Of a stretch of DNA of 64,000 bases, positions 28,900 through 44,492 are shown piece after piece; positions within the stretch are counted from its first letter, which is position 1, and the number at the start of each line of letters is the position of its first letter. The position numbers were made by a program, and so were the translations under genes. Source of the stretch: the human T2T-CHM13v2.0 reference genome, Homo sapiens. The stretch lies in NCBI RefSeq assembly GCF_009914755.1, contig NC_060927.1. One strand, given 5' to 3'. The notes beneath the pieces are model-generated. The model made no database searches. It had not been told where the DNA came from and was given only the letters and a program-made list of their open reading frames with translations.

Positions 28900-30290
28900 C
28901 TCCCACTGTAAAAAAATAAAAAACAAAAGCCAAACAATCAATAAGTATGAGGAATAAAATGAGAATGTTGACCATTATGCCTCCGTCCACCCTGAACCCA
29001 CAGCTTCCAGTGGTAACCATGATCAATAGAGTAGATATACCTCCTCCCAAGCTTTTTCCTTTGTAATAAATGCATATATATGTACACATAAACATGTTTC
29101 ATTTGGAAAATATTGTGTTTCCACACAAATGGTGTCACAATATGTGCATTGTCTGCAAACTAGCTTTGCTTATTTTATTCACTTAACAATAGGTTTGGGG
29201 AGTGGGACTTGGGGAGAAATAGGTTTGGAAAATTTTGCCAAGTCTGTGCACACTTAAATTGACGTTATTCTTCATGAATGACCGAAGTGTTTCCCATGGT
29301 GTGGTGCTACCATAATAATTTATTTAACCTTGTCCTTCTGAATGGACATTTGGGTTGTCATGGGGGCAAGCTCTCAGATGACCCCCTCCCCATGATCTCT
29401 ACCTCCTGGTATTCATGCCCCTGTGAAATCCCTTGCCCTTGAGAGTGGGCTGGCCTCATGACTTTCTTCTAATCAATAGAATGGAGCAAAAGTGATAAGA
29501 TGTCACTACTGTGACTAGAGTACAAGACATTGTAACTTGCCTCTTGCTAACAGACTCTTCTCTTGCTGGTTTACAGAAGGGCCCATGTGGCAAGGAACTA
29601 AGGGCAGTCTCTGGCCAAAAGCCCACAAGTAACTGAATTCTGCCAATAACCATGAGTTTGGAAGTGGATCCTTCCCCATTCGAGTCTCAGATGAGTCCCC
29701 AGCCCTGGCCAACATCTTCATGTGCTGTGAGAGACCATTAAGCAGAGGACCCAGCTAAGCTCTGCCCAGATGCTCAATCCACAGAAAAAGATACTAAGTG
29801 TGTGTTGTTTTAAGCTGCTACATTTGCAGTGGTTTGATATGCAGCAATAGATAACTGATACTGCTGTTAATTGCTTTCTATTACAATCAGCTGGAATAAC
29901 TGCCCTTGTGCCTACAATCAGAGATGTATTTTGGGATCAATTCCCAGACCTGAGATTGTTCAGTCTAAGGGTAAGGATATTTAATGTGGAAAAATAACAC
30001 TAAATTGTCCTCCAAAAATATTATCAAGTGACAATCATGCAAACAGTATGAAAGTTCCTACTTCTCTCCACGTTCTTGCCAAATGAAGTGTCATTGATCA
30101 TTGAAAAAATATCAGTTTGAGAAAAATCAGTACTGCATTGCTTTGATTGCATTTTCCTGATCACTTATCGGGGTGAGCATCTTTTTAACGAATCCCTTGG
30201 CCATTTATTTTCCTCTTTCTTTTGAGACTTCTCTCTTGATATTTTTAGCTTTTATCCTATTTTAATTGGATTTCAATTGGATTGAACAAC
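28900..30290 (-). mobile_element. L1ME remnant interrupted by MLT1F
   Basis: ttttattcacttaacaat...ttatttaacc...atggacatttgggttgt, resuming at 29863 (ttacaatcagctggaataac...ggtgagcatcttttt). Confidence 0.6.
29360..29862 (+). mobile_element. MLT1F-like LTR
   Basis: cctcctggtattcatgcccctgtgaaatccc...cccatgtggcaaggaact...gcagcaatagataactgatac. Confidence 0.85.
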
Positions 30291-30319
30291 TAGAATGATA
30301 GAATGATATCTGGGGGGCA

Positions 30320-31030
30320 CACAATGGCCATTGGTGATGCTGCTGTTGATTACCCAAAGTGCTATCCCATTTCTTCCTGTGTATTTACTACTATTTCTCT
30401 TGCAGTTAATAAGCAATTTATGGGAAGATTCTTTGAGACCATTCAAATATCCTGCACCTCATTAAAATATCCCCCTGGATTTAGCAGCCTTTGATGATTC
30501 TTGCCTGAACAAAACTTTATTATGGTAGATGTAAAATGAAGATTTTCATTTCTAGCACTTCTTCCACATTTACCAGCTACATTCAGCCTTCTTGTGGATA
30601 AGACTCTCCCCTTTCTCCCAAATGTTTATTGTTTTTATTAGTATGGACTCACGATTTCCTGTTCTTCTCAATGGCCTATAATTTATTACTATCTTTAATT
30701 ATATTAGTGCTCAAATTTTCCCAGTTTGGCCAGTGGGATCCCCTCCAAGTTGGCTATTATTTCCTTGTGACATACCCACTTTTTCTTTCTTTCTCTTTCT
30801 TTTTCTTTCCTTTTAAAACTCACTTCTTTACTTCCTGCTCCAGCCCTGGAATCAGCCATTTCTCTGAAAAACTGTGGTTCTTTCAAGTGGACAAAGGTAT
30901 TAGAGACCAAAATTTGGGCACAAGATATGCACTTTAACAAGGACCCACTTTAAGTGCAGTTTAGTGAATTTGAATGAATGCATGAACTTCTGTAACTACT
31001 ACCACAATCAAGATATAGAGTTTCTGTCAC
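30320..31030 (-). mobile_element. L1MC-like 3' region remnant
   Basis: tttggccagtgggatcccctccaagttggct...ccagccctggaatcagccatttctc. Confidence 0.6.
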
Positions 31031-31349
31031 CTCTCAAAGCCTCCTTTTCTTGCTTGCTCATATGCAATTACCTCTGTCCAAAATGACCCTTTCCCTTTCC
31101 TCTACACACTCGGCAAAGCCATGATTGAACATTTATTCCTTCTTAGATTTTGTTCCATTTTCCTCAGCAAAGGTTCTTTGTTTCCTCTTCTTCATGCTCA
31201 CAAAAGAGAGAGTAAAAGTGCTTGCTCAACAGTTCTTCAACTGCTCTAATAAAGATTGATTCTCTTACCAGTTTTGTGTCCTTGGGAGTTAATCAGCCTC
31301 TCTCTCTGTCCATTGATTTTCCATCTGTAAAATGGGTCACTCTTGAACT

Positions 31350-31550
31350 GGTCCCATATCCAACACATGTAAACCTGTCAATGTAACCTCCAAAATATCT
31401 CTTGGATCTTTGCCCTTCTGGACAGCTCCACAGCCACCACTCCAGTACCTCTCTTTTGAAAATCTGTCTGGTCTCCCAAATTCCACCTTTGGGCTCATTC
31501 TAATGGATTCTCTACAACACAGCCAAAGTCATCTTAAGAAATGCCCATCA
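31350..31550 (+). mobile_element. L2, 5' part (continues at 34208)
   Basis: acctccaaaatatctct...ttctctacaacacagccaaagtcatctt. Confidence 0.6.
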
Positions 31551-34685
<3,135 letters not shown>

Positions 34686-37600
34686 CCCATAGGGTTGGTG
34701 TTGGGATGAATGAGGTAACACACGGCCTGGCCTGAAACAGAACAACACATGGAAAAGCAATGCCAGAGGCAGGGATTTTTCTACATAGTTTCATCACTCT
34801 AATTACCATTTTCTATTGTGAGTTCTCCTTTAGCAGTCTGTCTTCTCTACCATTCCAAAGATGCATTGAAGGTGGGGACTAAGTCACACTCTTCTCATTT
34901 CTCCACCACCTGGTACAGTGTCTATGCTTAGTAAGGGTTCAATAAGTGTGTGGTGAAATCAGTAAGTAACTAATGAACGAATGAAGTTATTTAACCTCTA
35001 CATGCTTCTGTTACCCCATCTGTGAGAAGGGGAAAATATAAGCACCTAACTCATGGGCTAGTTGGGAGGGAAGTATTAACTTGGATTGATATTTGCAATT
35101 GTACATTCTCTTTTAAATAAATATGCAATGCATTGGGCAAATGTAAGGGATTTGGGTTATCAGGCCTACTACAGAAGAATCACGTGCAGGGTAGAGGGGA
35201 GTTTGTGGAGGGGTCATTTCTCTCTTCACACACACAAGACATCATCTGTCTCTATTTAGAAAACCCTGAAGTGCTCATCATATACCTCTCTTAAGTTCAT
35301 ATCACATTTCTCTAACCACACTTTACATATTTTGTATTAGCTATGGGATAGAATATATTTTCCCTTACATTGCTCTCCACTGCTCTTTAAAGACATTGCT
35401 ATTCCCTCTTGTTCATTTAATCAAACCTTCATTGGATTGTGCAATATTCAAAGCAAACCAGATCTGAAAATGCTCAATTTGGAATTTTTTCCCAGTTATT
35501 GATGCTTATTTGTTCTGACGATATATATATGGTTTTTTACCTCATCCCTAATAACTCCACAAACCTAATACATGCCCTTCTCAAAACCTCAATATACATG
35601 AAAACAAAGGTCTGTCAATTCTCTGACTTCAAATAAAAATCTGACAAATGCCACATCTTCCCAACAGGCCTGGTGATTGACATTTGAACAATTTAGTCAC
35701 ACTGGTCATTTAGCATTGTGACAGTCACAATGTCTGGTCACTTGCATCTAAGAGGTTTGCCTCTGAAGACACAGTGTTATTTAATGTGCCTGGTATAAAA
35801 CAGTGAGACCTATCAGTGACTATCTTCTTGGGCTGATCATTCTAGTTTTGAATTAGAAATTTAAGGACGGCAGCTGTCTATTTAGTATTCAGCTCATAGT
35901 TATGAAATCATCGACATTTTCCATTTAAATTTTATTGGTGAGAATCTTGTGTAGGAAACTGAATCATGCTTTCATTTCCTTACATCCCAGGACACAGTGC
36001 TTTTTCTTCAAAAGTAAATAGGGCACTGTCTTGGGCTTTTTCTGAATTTCTTGTCAAGGAAAAAACCCTTTTCTTGAGGGCCAGCATTCATCATTTGTGC
36101 CTGTTTTTTACTCTGACTGAAAAAGAAAATGATTCAGTCTTCCAACTGGCTATTCTCTGGTTGCTTTAATTCATGGGAAGCCAAGAAGGAGAAATTGGTA
36201 GGTTCAACAGTGTTGGACAAGGATAAACAGAATCATATCACATTAACTGTAATTTACAGCATTTCAACACATCCCTGCTTCTGCCAAAGCTGGCACAGAT
36301 CAGCCCCCATTGGAAAAAAGAGAGAACAGGATGGGGCTTGGAGGGATCGAACAGAGAATCTAAATTTCTATTTTCTAAGCAGGAGTTTGAGAACTAGAGC
36401 CCCATCAGCACTTTCTTGAATATTTTGCTCATTCATGCTATAAAAATAAATAACACAAAATATTTTCTGGACTTAGCCTAGTCTGTTGCTAAAACCAAAG
36501 CCAGCCTGCTTTCAAACAGACTCACCGTTTCACAAGCATGGACATTTTCAGGCTGGCAGGCGGCCACTGGAGGAGTTATTGAAATTCAATTCAAAATGAT
36601 GTACTCTCTGGAAAATGCCCATTTATGAGCATTCAAAGGGATGAAGAATTTCACAGGAAGATGACAGCAATGACAACTTCTAGGACCGACCAGTGTTGCC
36701 TGGAGATGATTACCCCTGAAACACACACGTGCTCTGAGAGTTTTGCTGGAGAGTCTTCTAAAGGCTGGGACTGTTTGTGTTCAGATGGAATCTCTGTATA
36801 TGAAGCTATTTATTACAGGCTGAGAAAACAAATATATGCAACAGGGGATTGGTGGAATTTGTAGCTGAAATACCCATAGTGGGGTCAACATCATAGATCC
36901 CAAAAAGATCAGAGCCCAGGGCTGAGAGGACCATTTTCTAACCTGAGGGCTCCCAAACACATTCAGAGATGGAACATCTGGAAGTTATGTTCTCTCTGTA
37001 GAACCCCATGGAACACTGATAGCAATTTTTTTCCCAGCAGATAACCAAGGAACAATTTTTCTGGCTAAAACTATGGCTGTCGTGGGTATGCCATTTAACA
37101 ACTCAACCCTAAATATTGTACTTTTTAAAAACTGTCTTTCTGTCCTATAAGAATGAAATCATCTCTATGAGGACAGTGACTTCATCTTACTGCTGCCTTC
37201 CCGGATGGAGCCTGCACAAGCATCCTCAGAGGCAACATGTGGTCCAAATGAATACACCTGGTCATTCTAGAGTTCTTCCAAAAAATTCATCTGCCACTAC
37301 TAAATCTGTTAGTGACCTAGGTAGACAGCAGCACACATTTCAGAAGGAAATTATGGGCAAGAAGAATGCTCAGTAGTTAAGAAAAGTCCAATCCACAACA
37401 TCATTTCATCCTCTCCATTTGGAGAAGACCCCCATTATAACAGTTTAAAGGTGGTGATTCCTTCAGCATTTCTGAGGTCTACCTCTATTGAACAATAGCA
37501 ATTGGTAAAAACGAAGTTGAGAACTACTGGCCTAACCTATCCTGACATTGCTGAGAATTTATGCTTAGAACGCAAGTCAGATTAGAAGACCTCATCCTCA

Positions 37601-37754
37601 GCTTGACCAGCTAATGTTAATTAATGATCATAGAATAAAGTTATTGCATGAAGTGATTCCATATCATTGTGCAATGTCCTGAAGTCAGGGATGTCCAATT
37701 TCCACTTCCACAGAGGAGTCAGTACAGTCTGTGTTTTTGCGGGGTTAGGGGAAC

Positions 37755-38100
37755 ATCATTCGTTTGATAAATAGTCACTCATGGCCTTCCTATGTGCTAG
37801 GTACTGTCCTGGGTCCTGGGTAGATAATGGTGAATAAAACCAAGCTCCTGCCCTCCTGGAGATTATTTTATTCTCATGGAAGAGAAACATGGTTAAAAAC
37901 AAAAGTATAATAGAAGATCAGTTAGTGCTAAGAGCTGTAAAGAAAAATAAATTAAGGTGAGGAGACAGAGGGGAAGGCAGTGATGATATTCAAGAAGGTT
38001 TCTCTGGAGAGGGACCATTTGAACCAATACTTGAATTAAATAAAAGCAGACACTAAGTGATAATAGAGGTGACTAACATCTGTCAAGACCCCAAAGGACT
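37755..38100 (-). mobile_element. L2 3' end
   Basis: tcattcgtttgataaata...ctatgtgctaggtactgtcctggg...aagaaggtttctctggagaggg. Confidence 0.7.
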
Positions 38101-38382
38101 TTTTGGTCTGAAGTAGGATCACATGATGACGTAAAAACAATCAGACAAGGACATTTGTTGCACAACTATACTTGAGTGCTGAAAATAATTGGAAACATGT
38201 TGTTTCTTCCACTAGGCTGTCAGAAATTTAGTGAGGTACACAGAAAAGTAGAAGGTTTAAGGACATATAATTACAGCAAATTCTGAAATATCCAATCCTG
38301 CCTGGTCATAATAAAAATCTATGGAGAAGTTACTACGTGAGACCCAAGTATATATTTGCAAGAAGTCTTTATCCTTAATTCC

Positions 38383-38750
38383 TATCTTAGTCTGTTCAGG
38401 CTGCTATACCAAAAATACCATAAACTGTGTGGCTTAAAAACAACAGAAATTTTTTTTCTCACAGTTCTCAAGACTGGGAAGTCCAAGATCTAGCAATCGA
38501 GAGACTGTGTCTGCAGAGGGCCTGCTGGCTGGTTCATAGATGACAGCCTTCTCACCGTGTCCTCACAAGGCAAGGGGCAAGGGACCTCTCTAGGTCCCTT
38601 TTATAAGGGCACTAATTCTATTCATGAGGGCTCCACTCTTGTGATCTAATCACCTTGCAAAGTTCCCACCTCTAAATACCATCACATGGGGAAACAGGTT
38701 TTCACAAATGAATTAGGGGCAGGGGTTGCATAAACATTGAACCTATAGCA
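38383..38750 (-). mobile_element. MLT1A-family LTR
   Basis: tcttagtctgttcaggctgctataccaaaaataccataaac...tttataagggcactaat...acctatagca. Confidence 0.88.
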
Positions 38751-39504
38751 ACTACTAAATATTATTTGTTGAATTATTTTCCATAGTCAACATAAAAATG
38801 GAGACAATATGAGTTCCAGCCGAAAAAGTGCCAGCTTTGAGGAGAGAGACGTAACAGGCAAAGCCTTGGTTCTGCAATGGCCCAGCGTGTCATCTTGCAC
38901 ATATTGTCTCTCTGTGTATTTTTCACATTTGAAACATGAAAGTGGTCACGTCTGGTCTGTAGAGTTGTGGGGAAAATTATTGATGATAATGTTTATAAAG
39001 GCCTGTCCTACCCCACTGGTGGTGGAGAGGTAGTAATATATAGAATATTATACAGAAAATCAGAAAGGGAAAATACTTCGTCCCAAAAGAAAAGAAAAGT
39101 ACCTAAGGATAATTTTTCTCCACCCTCCCCAGAATCACTGTCTATAAATCTTAACTCATCAGCACTAATGCCCACAGTCCAGTCTACTCATAGATTGGGT
39201 ATATGTGTTACAGAGCTCTTTTTAGGAGTATATATATTGTTTAAACTTCTATTTCAAAAATGAAGTCTGTGCACATAGTCTCTTAAAACTGTGGGACTTC
39301 TGCATTGGTAGACAAAACCAACTCAAACTAATTGATGACAACTCCAACCTGAATTACTGATGTTATAATCCACAGATGATTTTAAGAGTTTAGCCTTATG
39401 AACAAACTTTCTAACTAGAACAACCTAGTGCTATCTAGGGGAGGATGAGATTAATTAGTACAAACAAATGGATGTAAAACAATTATTTTTTCAGCTAAAC
39501 GTTT

Positions 39505-40590
39505 ATCCTCCATGCATTCATCTACACATCTATCCAACCAACAGACATTTATTAAGTGCCATGTGTCAGACATTGGTTTACATGGTTGGGATTCAGCAGT
39601 AAAACAGACAACATTGCTGCTGACCTCATGATGCGTATATTCTAGTTCATAATACAGATCAACACAAATAAACAGATAAATTTATAAATAATTTGTGGTG
39701 TTGACAAGTGTTATGAAGAAATGAATGCATACTCAGGATAGGTGAACACGTGATAGCTCAGGGGAGGTAGGGTGGTCAGGGATCACTTCTCTGAGGATGT
39801 GAAGTGTGAGTCAAGACACAGATGGAATGAAAAAGTGAATCATGTAAAGATCTGGGAGAAAAGCATTCTAGGCAGAGGCAACAGCAAGTGCCAGGGCTCT
39901 GAGGCAAGAGTGAGCTAGACATTTTCCAAGCCTTGCAAGAGGGCCAGCACAGCTGGAGCAGAGGGCAAGGTGAAGAGTAGTCAGAAACGAGATTGAAGAG
40001 AGGCAGGGCCAGATCACCTAGGGCCTCAAAGGCTATATAAGAGTTTTCTAGTCGATTCTAAGTGCGATGAGAAGCCTTTGAATTTTATTTGTTTATTTGT
40101 TTTCTTGTAAAAGAGTGATTTGATCCTATTTTCTTTTTAGAAAAGAGTTTAATTGTTATGGGAGAATTACAACTCTGCTCTATCGTAGGAGATAGCAGGT
40201 TCTGGAGATGCAGAGGGGAGAAGAGGAAAAAAATCAGATCGACCCATTAGGAAGTTACTACAATAGTGACCCTAAAAGAAATGGCAGAAGCTTAGACCAA
40301 GGCAGTAGTAAGCAGGAGCTGTAAGAAGCAGTCAGATTAGGACCTATTTTAAAGTAGAAGGAACAGACCTCCTAGTGGAGTAGATGTGAGAGTGAAGGAA
40401 AGAGAAGTTTGAGGCACATTTAATGTTTTCAGCCTAATGAGCACCTGAGGTACATTTACTGAGATGGGAAGACAAGAAAGCAGCAGATTTGAAGGGAAAA
40501 TCAAGAATTCTTTTTGGGGTGTGCTCATTTGAGATGCTAATTACACATCTAGATAGAGATGTTCAGCAGTCAGATGGAAGTGAAACAAAT
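39505..40590 (-). mobile_element. L2a-like, about 1.1 kb
   Basis: catttattaagtgccatgtgtcagac...gcattctaggcagaggcaacagcaagtgc...ggcagggccagatcacctagggcc...tttgagatgctaattacacatcta. Confidence 0.85.
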
Positions 40591-40699
40591 ATCCATGATT
40601 TGCTGCTGAGGAGTTCAATGTCAAAAATTCCAGGAGTAAGCACTCAGTAAATGTGGTTCTCTTATCACTTAAACTTCGGGAAATACTTCGTTTTCTTCT

Positions 40700-41853
40700 C
40701 TCAAGAAATAAATTCTTACCAACTTGACTGAGTGAATATACCTAGAATTCTACACTTCCAAATTATTGAATATACATTCTTTTTAAAGAGCATATGGAAC
40801 ATTTACCAAAATAGACCATATACTGGAGCAAAGAAGTCTCAACAACTTTCAAAGGAGAATTTTTTTTCACCTCAGTGGAATTAAACTAGAAATCAATAAT
40901 AAAAAGATAACTAGAAAATATCCAAATGCTTGGAAATTAAGCAACACACTTCTACCTCACCTATGAGTCATACTCATAGGTTAATTAAGTTAATTAAAGA
41001 GTTAATTAAGGTGTTAAACAAAGAGTTAATTAAAATGGAAATTAGAAAATATTTTGAACGGAATAATAGTGAAAATATATCAAAATGTGTGGGATGAAGC
41101 TCAAGCAGTAGTTAGAGGCAAACTTGTAGCTTTCAATGCATATATTAGAAAAGACTGAAAATAAATGCTCTAAGTTTCCATTTCAATAAACTATAAACAG
41201 ATTAACACATTAAACTCAAAGGAAATAAATGATGTAAATTTGAGCAGAAAGCAAGGAGAAAACAGACATTTAATAGGGAAATCTAACAAAGCCAAGAGTT
41301 GATTCTTTGGAAAGATGTGTAAGTTGATAAATTCCTAGCAAACCTGATTAAGAGAGACAGGGAGAGAGAGAGATGGGGAGAGGGAGAGAAAGAGATGGGG
41401 AGAGGGAGAGAAAGAGAGAGAAAAAGAGAGAACATAAGTTACCAATATCAGATTTTAAAAGGCCACATCACTATAGATCATATAGACATTAAAATGATTA
41501 TAACGGGCTATTTCAAAAAACTTTGCCAATAAATTCAACAGCTTGGATGAAATAGGTAAATCCCTTGTAAAACATAATTTATTAAAACTAAAACAGAAAT
41601 AAGAAATCTGTTAAAAAATGGAATATTTAATTAAAAACCTTTCCACAAAGGAAAATTCAGGCCCAGATTGTTTCATGAGTGAAATCTTCCAAACATTTAA
41701 GAAGGAACAATAGCAAACTTAAATAAATTCTTTCGGAGTTTAGAGAAAGAAAATGTTTTTAAACTCATTTTATGAGGTCAGCATAACCCTGACACCAAAA
41801 CATGATAAAGCCCTTACAAGAAAAGAAAACTACAGGCCAATCTCACTCATAAA
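40700..41853 (+). mobile_element. Old L1 (L1M) ORF2 5' remnant
   Basis: ggaacatttaccaaaatagaccata, ggaattaaactagaaatcaataa; ORF 41753 encodes [10 protein letters not shown]...[12 protein letters not shown] (L1 ORF2). Confidence 0.85.
41351..41432. repeat. GA-rich tract containing a duplicated unit
   Basis: agagatggggagagggagagaa occurs twice. Confidence 0.85.
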
Positions 41854-41939
41854 TATACATACACATATATATGTATGTGCATACACACATATATATGTAT
41901 GTGCATATATATGTATATGTATACACATACATATATATA
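41853..41939. repeat. (TA/CA/TG) low-complexity repeat
   Basis: acacatatatatgtatgtgcata occurs twice. Confidence 0.9.
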
Positions 41940-42729
41940 AAAGAATTTGTTTTAAAAATCAAATATGTCTTTGCTTCAGTCTATTTTGTTCAGTCAGACT
42001 AACTTTTAAGTATATTTGAGACACTTTGATGGCCCTAGAAAACATTCCGGGGTTGGAAATTTTTCAAACTGCAATCTTGAGGTAGAAAGTACGTGTCTAT
42101 AGTTCACCTGATGCCCCCAAAGAATATATTTGTGTCCCTACAACAAAATTAATTATAATTCCTCTTTTGGGGACAAACTCATCTTTTGGTTCATTTAAAA
42201 AATAATTAAAATGAACAAAGTCCAATAACATCAGCCAAGCTTACCACAACTCATTAGCATGACAAATATCGGCTGACATAACTGATGATAACATTGAGAT
42301 CATTTCTTATTGTCTTCTTATGATGAGTGGTGAATGAAAGCAGGCACACAATCACATATTAGGACATACTTGTACATAACACTTTTGTAACCACTTGGCA
42401 CCAAATCATAGTGATGAAGAGCTGTGATTTTATTAAACAACAAAGAGCAATTCACTGTTTCAAGTTAATTTTATATAATAAACTATTACATAAAAAGATA
42501 GTGGTTTAATATTTTGTTCTCATAAACATTTTCAAATGTCTTCATGTGTCATTTTATGAATCTCAGTACCCCTGAAATACAACCACCGATCTGGCCATTT
42601 TGGAACACACACCAGTGGGGCTAAACTATCAGCAAGATACCTAAGCAATCCACATGGCTGATTTATTAATTGAATTGACTGGGTGTTTCATAAGTGCTTA
42701 CAAACCAGTCAGCTGCAGTGGCTGCAGAG

Positions 42730-42912
42730 CAATGATTCTCAAAGTGTGGTGCCCAGACCAGCAGCATGAACTTCACCTGGGAACTTGTTAGAAATTCAAG
42801 TTCTCTAATTCCAGTTCAGACCCATAAATGAGAAACAAAATCACAGCCCTCTGTACTTCAATGAGCTCTCCAGGGAGTTCTGAAATCTGGCCCCCTCATG
42901 TCTGAGAATTGG
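42730..42912. mobile_element. MER5A
   Basis: gattctcaaagtgtggtgcccagaccagcagcatgaacttcacctgggaacttgttagaaat. Confidence 0.8.
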
Positions 42913-43299
42913 CAACAGATCCACTGAAGATCCTATGGTTAAATGGTTATCAATGTTATCTATCTATCTACCGATCTATCTTCTTGCAATACATATGTCA
43001 TTCAGTGCTCACATATATAATAACATCTTCCTCTAAGAAACAGTTTTCAAAGAAAGAAAAGGAAAATGTTATGGAGAAATTAAAGGTCACAATAATTTGA
43101 AAATCACTTTAAATATGGATAGGAGATCAGTAACTGTCATTCAGTTTTGGCAATGGCATAGATAAAATTGTTTATGGACTTCGGCCTAATTTCCAGACAC
43201 TTTAACTCCTCTCTTTTCTCACTCAAGAGTCCTTACCGGAATTATAAGTGAATGGGAGGATGCTACTTTCACCACCATGATTGACATGTGGGATGTATA

Positions 43300-43530
43300 G
43301 ATTGATTAAAAGAATAGGCTCTGGAGCCTGAGTTTGAAGTATACTTCCTCCTTATTACCAGTGAGACCTTGGGCAAGTCTCTTAACCTTTCCGTGCCTCA
43401 ATTTCCTCATAATTCCTCATAACTGCTCCTACCTCCTGGGGTTGTGAGGATTAAACAACATGATATACATCTAACATTATTCAGCTAGAGCTTGGCACAT
43501 ACTAAATCCTCCATGTTAGCAATTATTATC
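43300..43530 (+). mobile_element. MIR
   Basis: ggctctggagcc...gaccttgggcaagtctcttaacctttccgtgcctcaatttcctcat...gttgtgaggattaaa. Confidence 0.85.
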
Positions 43531-43609
43531 ACTAGCTTTAATACTATCAGACCAAACAAAAGTAATCCACTCATAAATTACATTTGATAACTGATGACCC
43601 AGACTGAGC

Positions 43610-44000
43610 CCTCTGAGTTTCTGAGTGACAAACTCAAGAGCTGGATTAGTCAAAAAGGCTGGAATTTACTGGTCTACTTTCCCAAATGATGGAAATAGGA
43701 GCATGAATTGTCCTCAAGGATGACTGCAACCAGGGACTCAAATACACTTAGGACCATCCCCTCTGTCTCTGTCCTCTCTGCTTCTCCCTGCATCACCTTC
43801 ATTCTGTTAGACAAAAAGTCTAGCTTCTTTCGCAGGGCAGAGAGCAGGGTCACCAAGTCATTCTAGTTTTAAAGCCTCAGGTGTGACCAGAGAAGATGAT
43901 CCAACTAACAGACTCAAGGGATGGCCATGGCCTAGCTTGGGTGATCACCCTTATTGGGACCAATTTCTCTGGCCAAGGTCAGGCTCCTTCCTTTTGCACA
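43610..44000 (-). mobile_element. MLT1K/L-like LTR remnant
   Basis: ccagggactcaaatacac...tctgcttctccctgcatcaccttcattct...ggcctagcttgggtgatc...ggaccaatttctctggcca. Confidence 0.45.
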
Positions 44001-44458
44001 TCCCTTCCGCGACAGTGGCACCAATCCACCGTGAGTTTTGCCAAGGATTTATATCCCTTTAAGGTAGGCCCTGAGCAGCCTTCCTGAGCCATCTGACTTG
44101 AGAGAAGTAACCAACCATTTTATTCCTTCTTCCTGTTGTTGCTGTCATTCTGGCCATTTCGCAATCTGGTTCTTGATGAGTGTCCCATCTTTCATGGCTT
44201 TTGTTGAATTTGACCCCAGGCTGGAAACGGGACGTGTGTTTATTTTACCTGACAAAGTACCCATGGCTGAAAAGCTTGGAGCACTCGAGTACTGTATTTT
44301 TTCCCCTCCAGATGGGGCTGTAATTGTAATTTAACTGTCTGGGTCCAACTTAAGGTGAGGAAAAGATATATTAAGTTTGCACACATGTTATTCGCCTACC
44401 CCCACCCACATCCCTTCGGCTCTCCACATTTCATAGGCAACCACCTTCTGCGGGAGGG

Positions 44459-44492
44459 GTGTGTGTGTGTGTGTGTGTGTGTGTACACACAC
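44459..44492. repeat. (GT)13 followed by (AC)4
   Basis: Directly visible. Confidence 0.95.

Noticed and set aside
40981-41033. CRISPR-like or prokaryotic repeat array
   Set aside because: Primate context; units are 8-14 bp without spacers and are explained as flank-templated copies.
41753-42019. ORF with KENYRPISL motif
   Set aside because: L1 ORF2 remnant running into a TA/CA microsatellite.
42050-42590. Possible hAT-Charlie transposon remnant
   Set aside because: Resemblance too weak to name a family or define ends.
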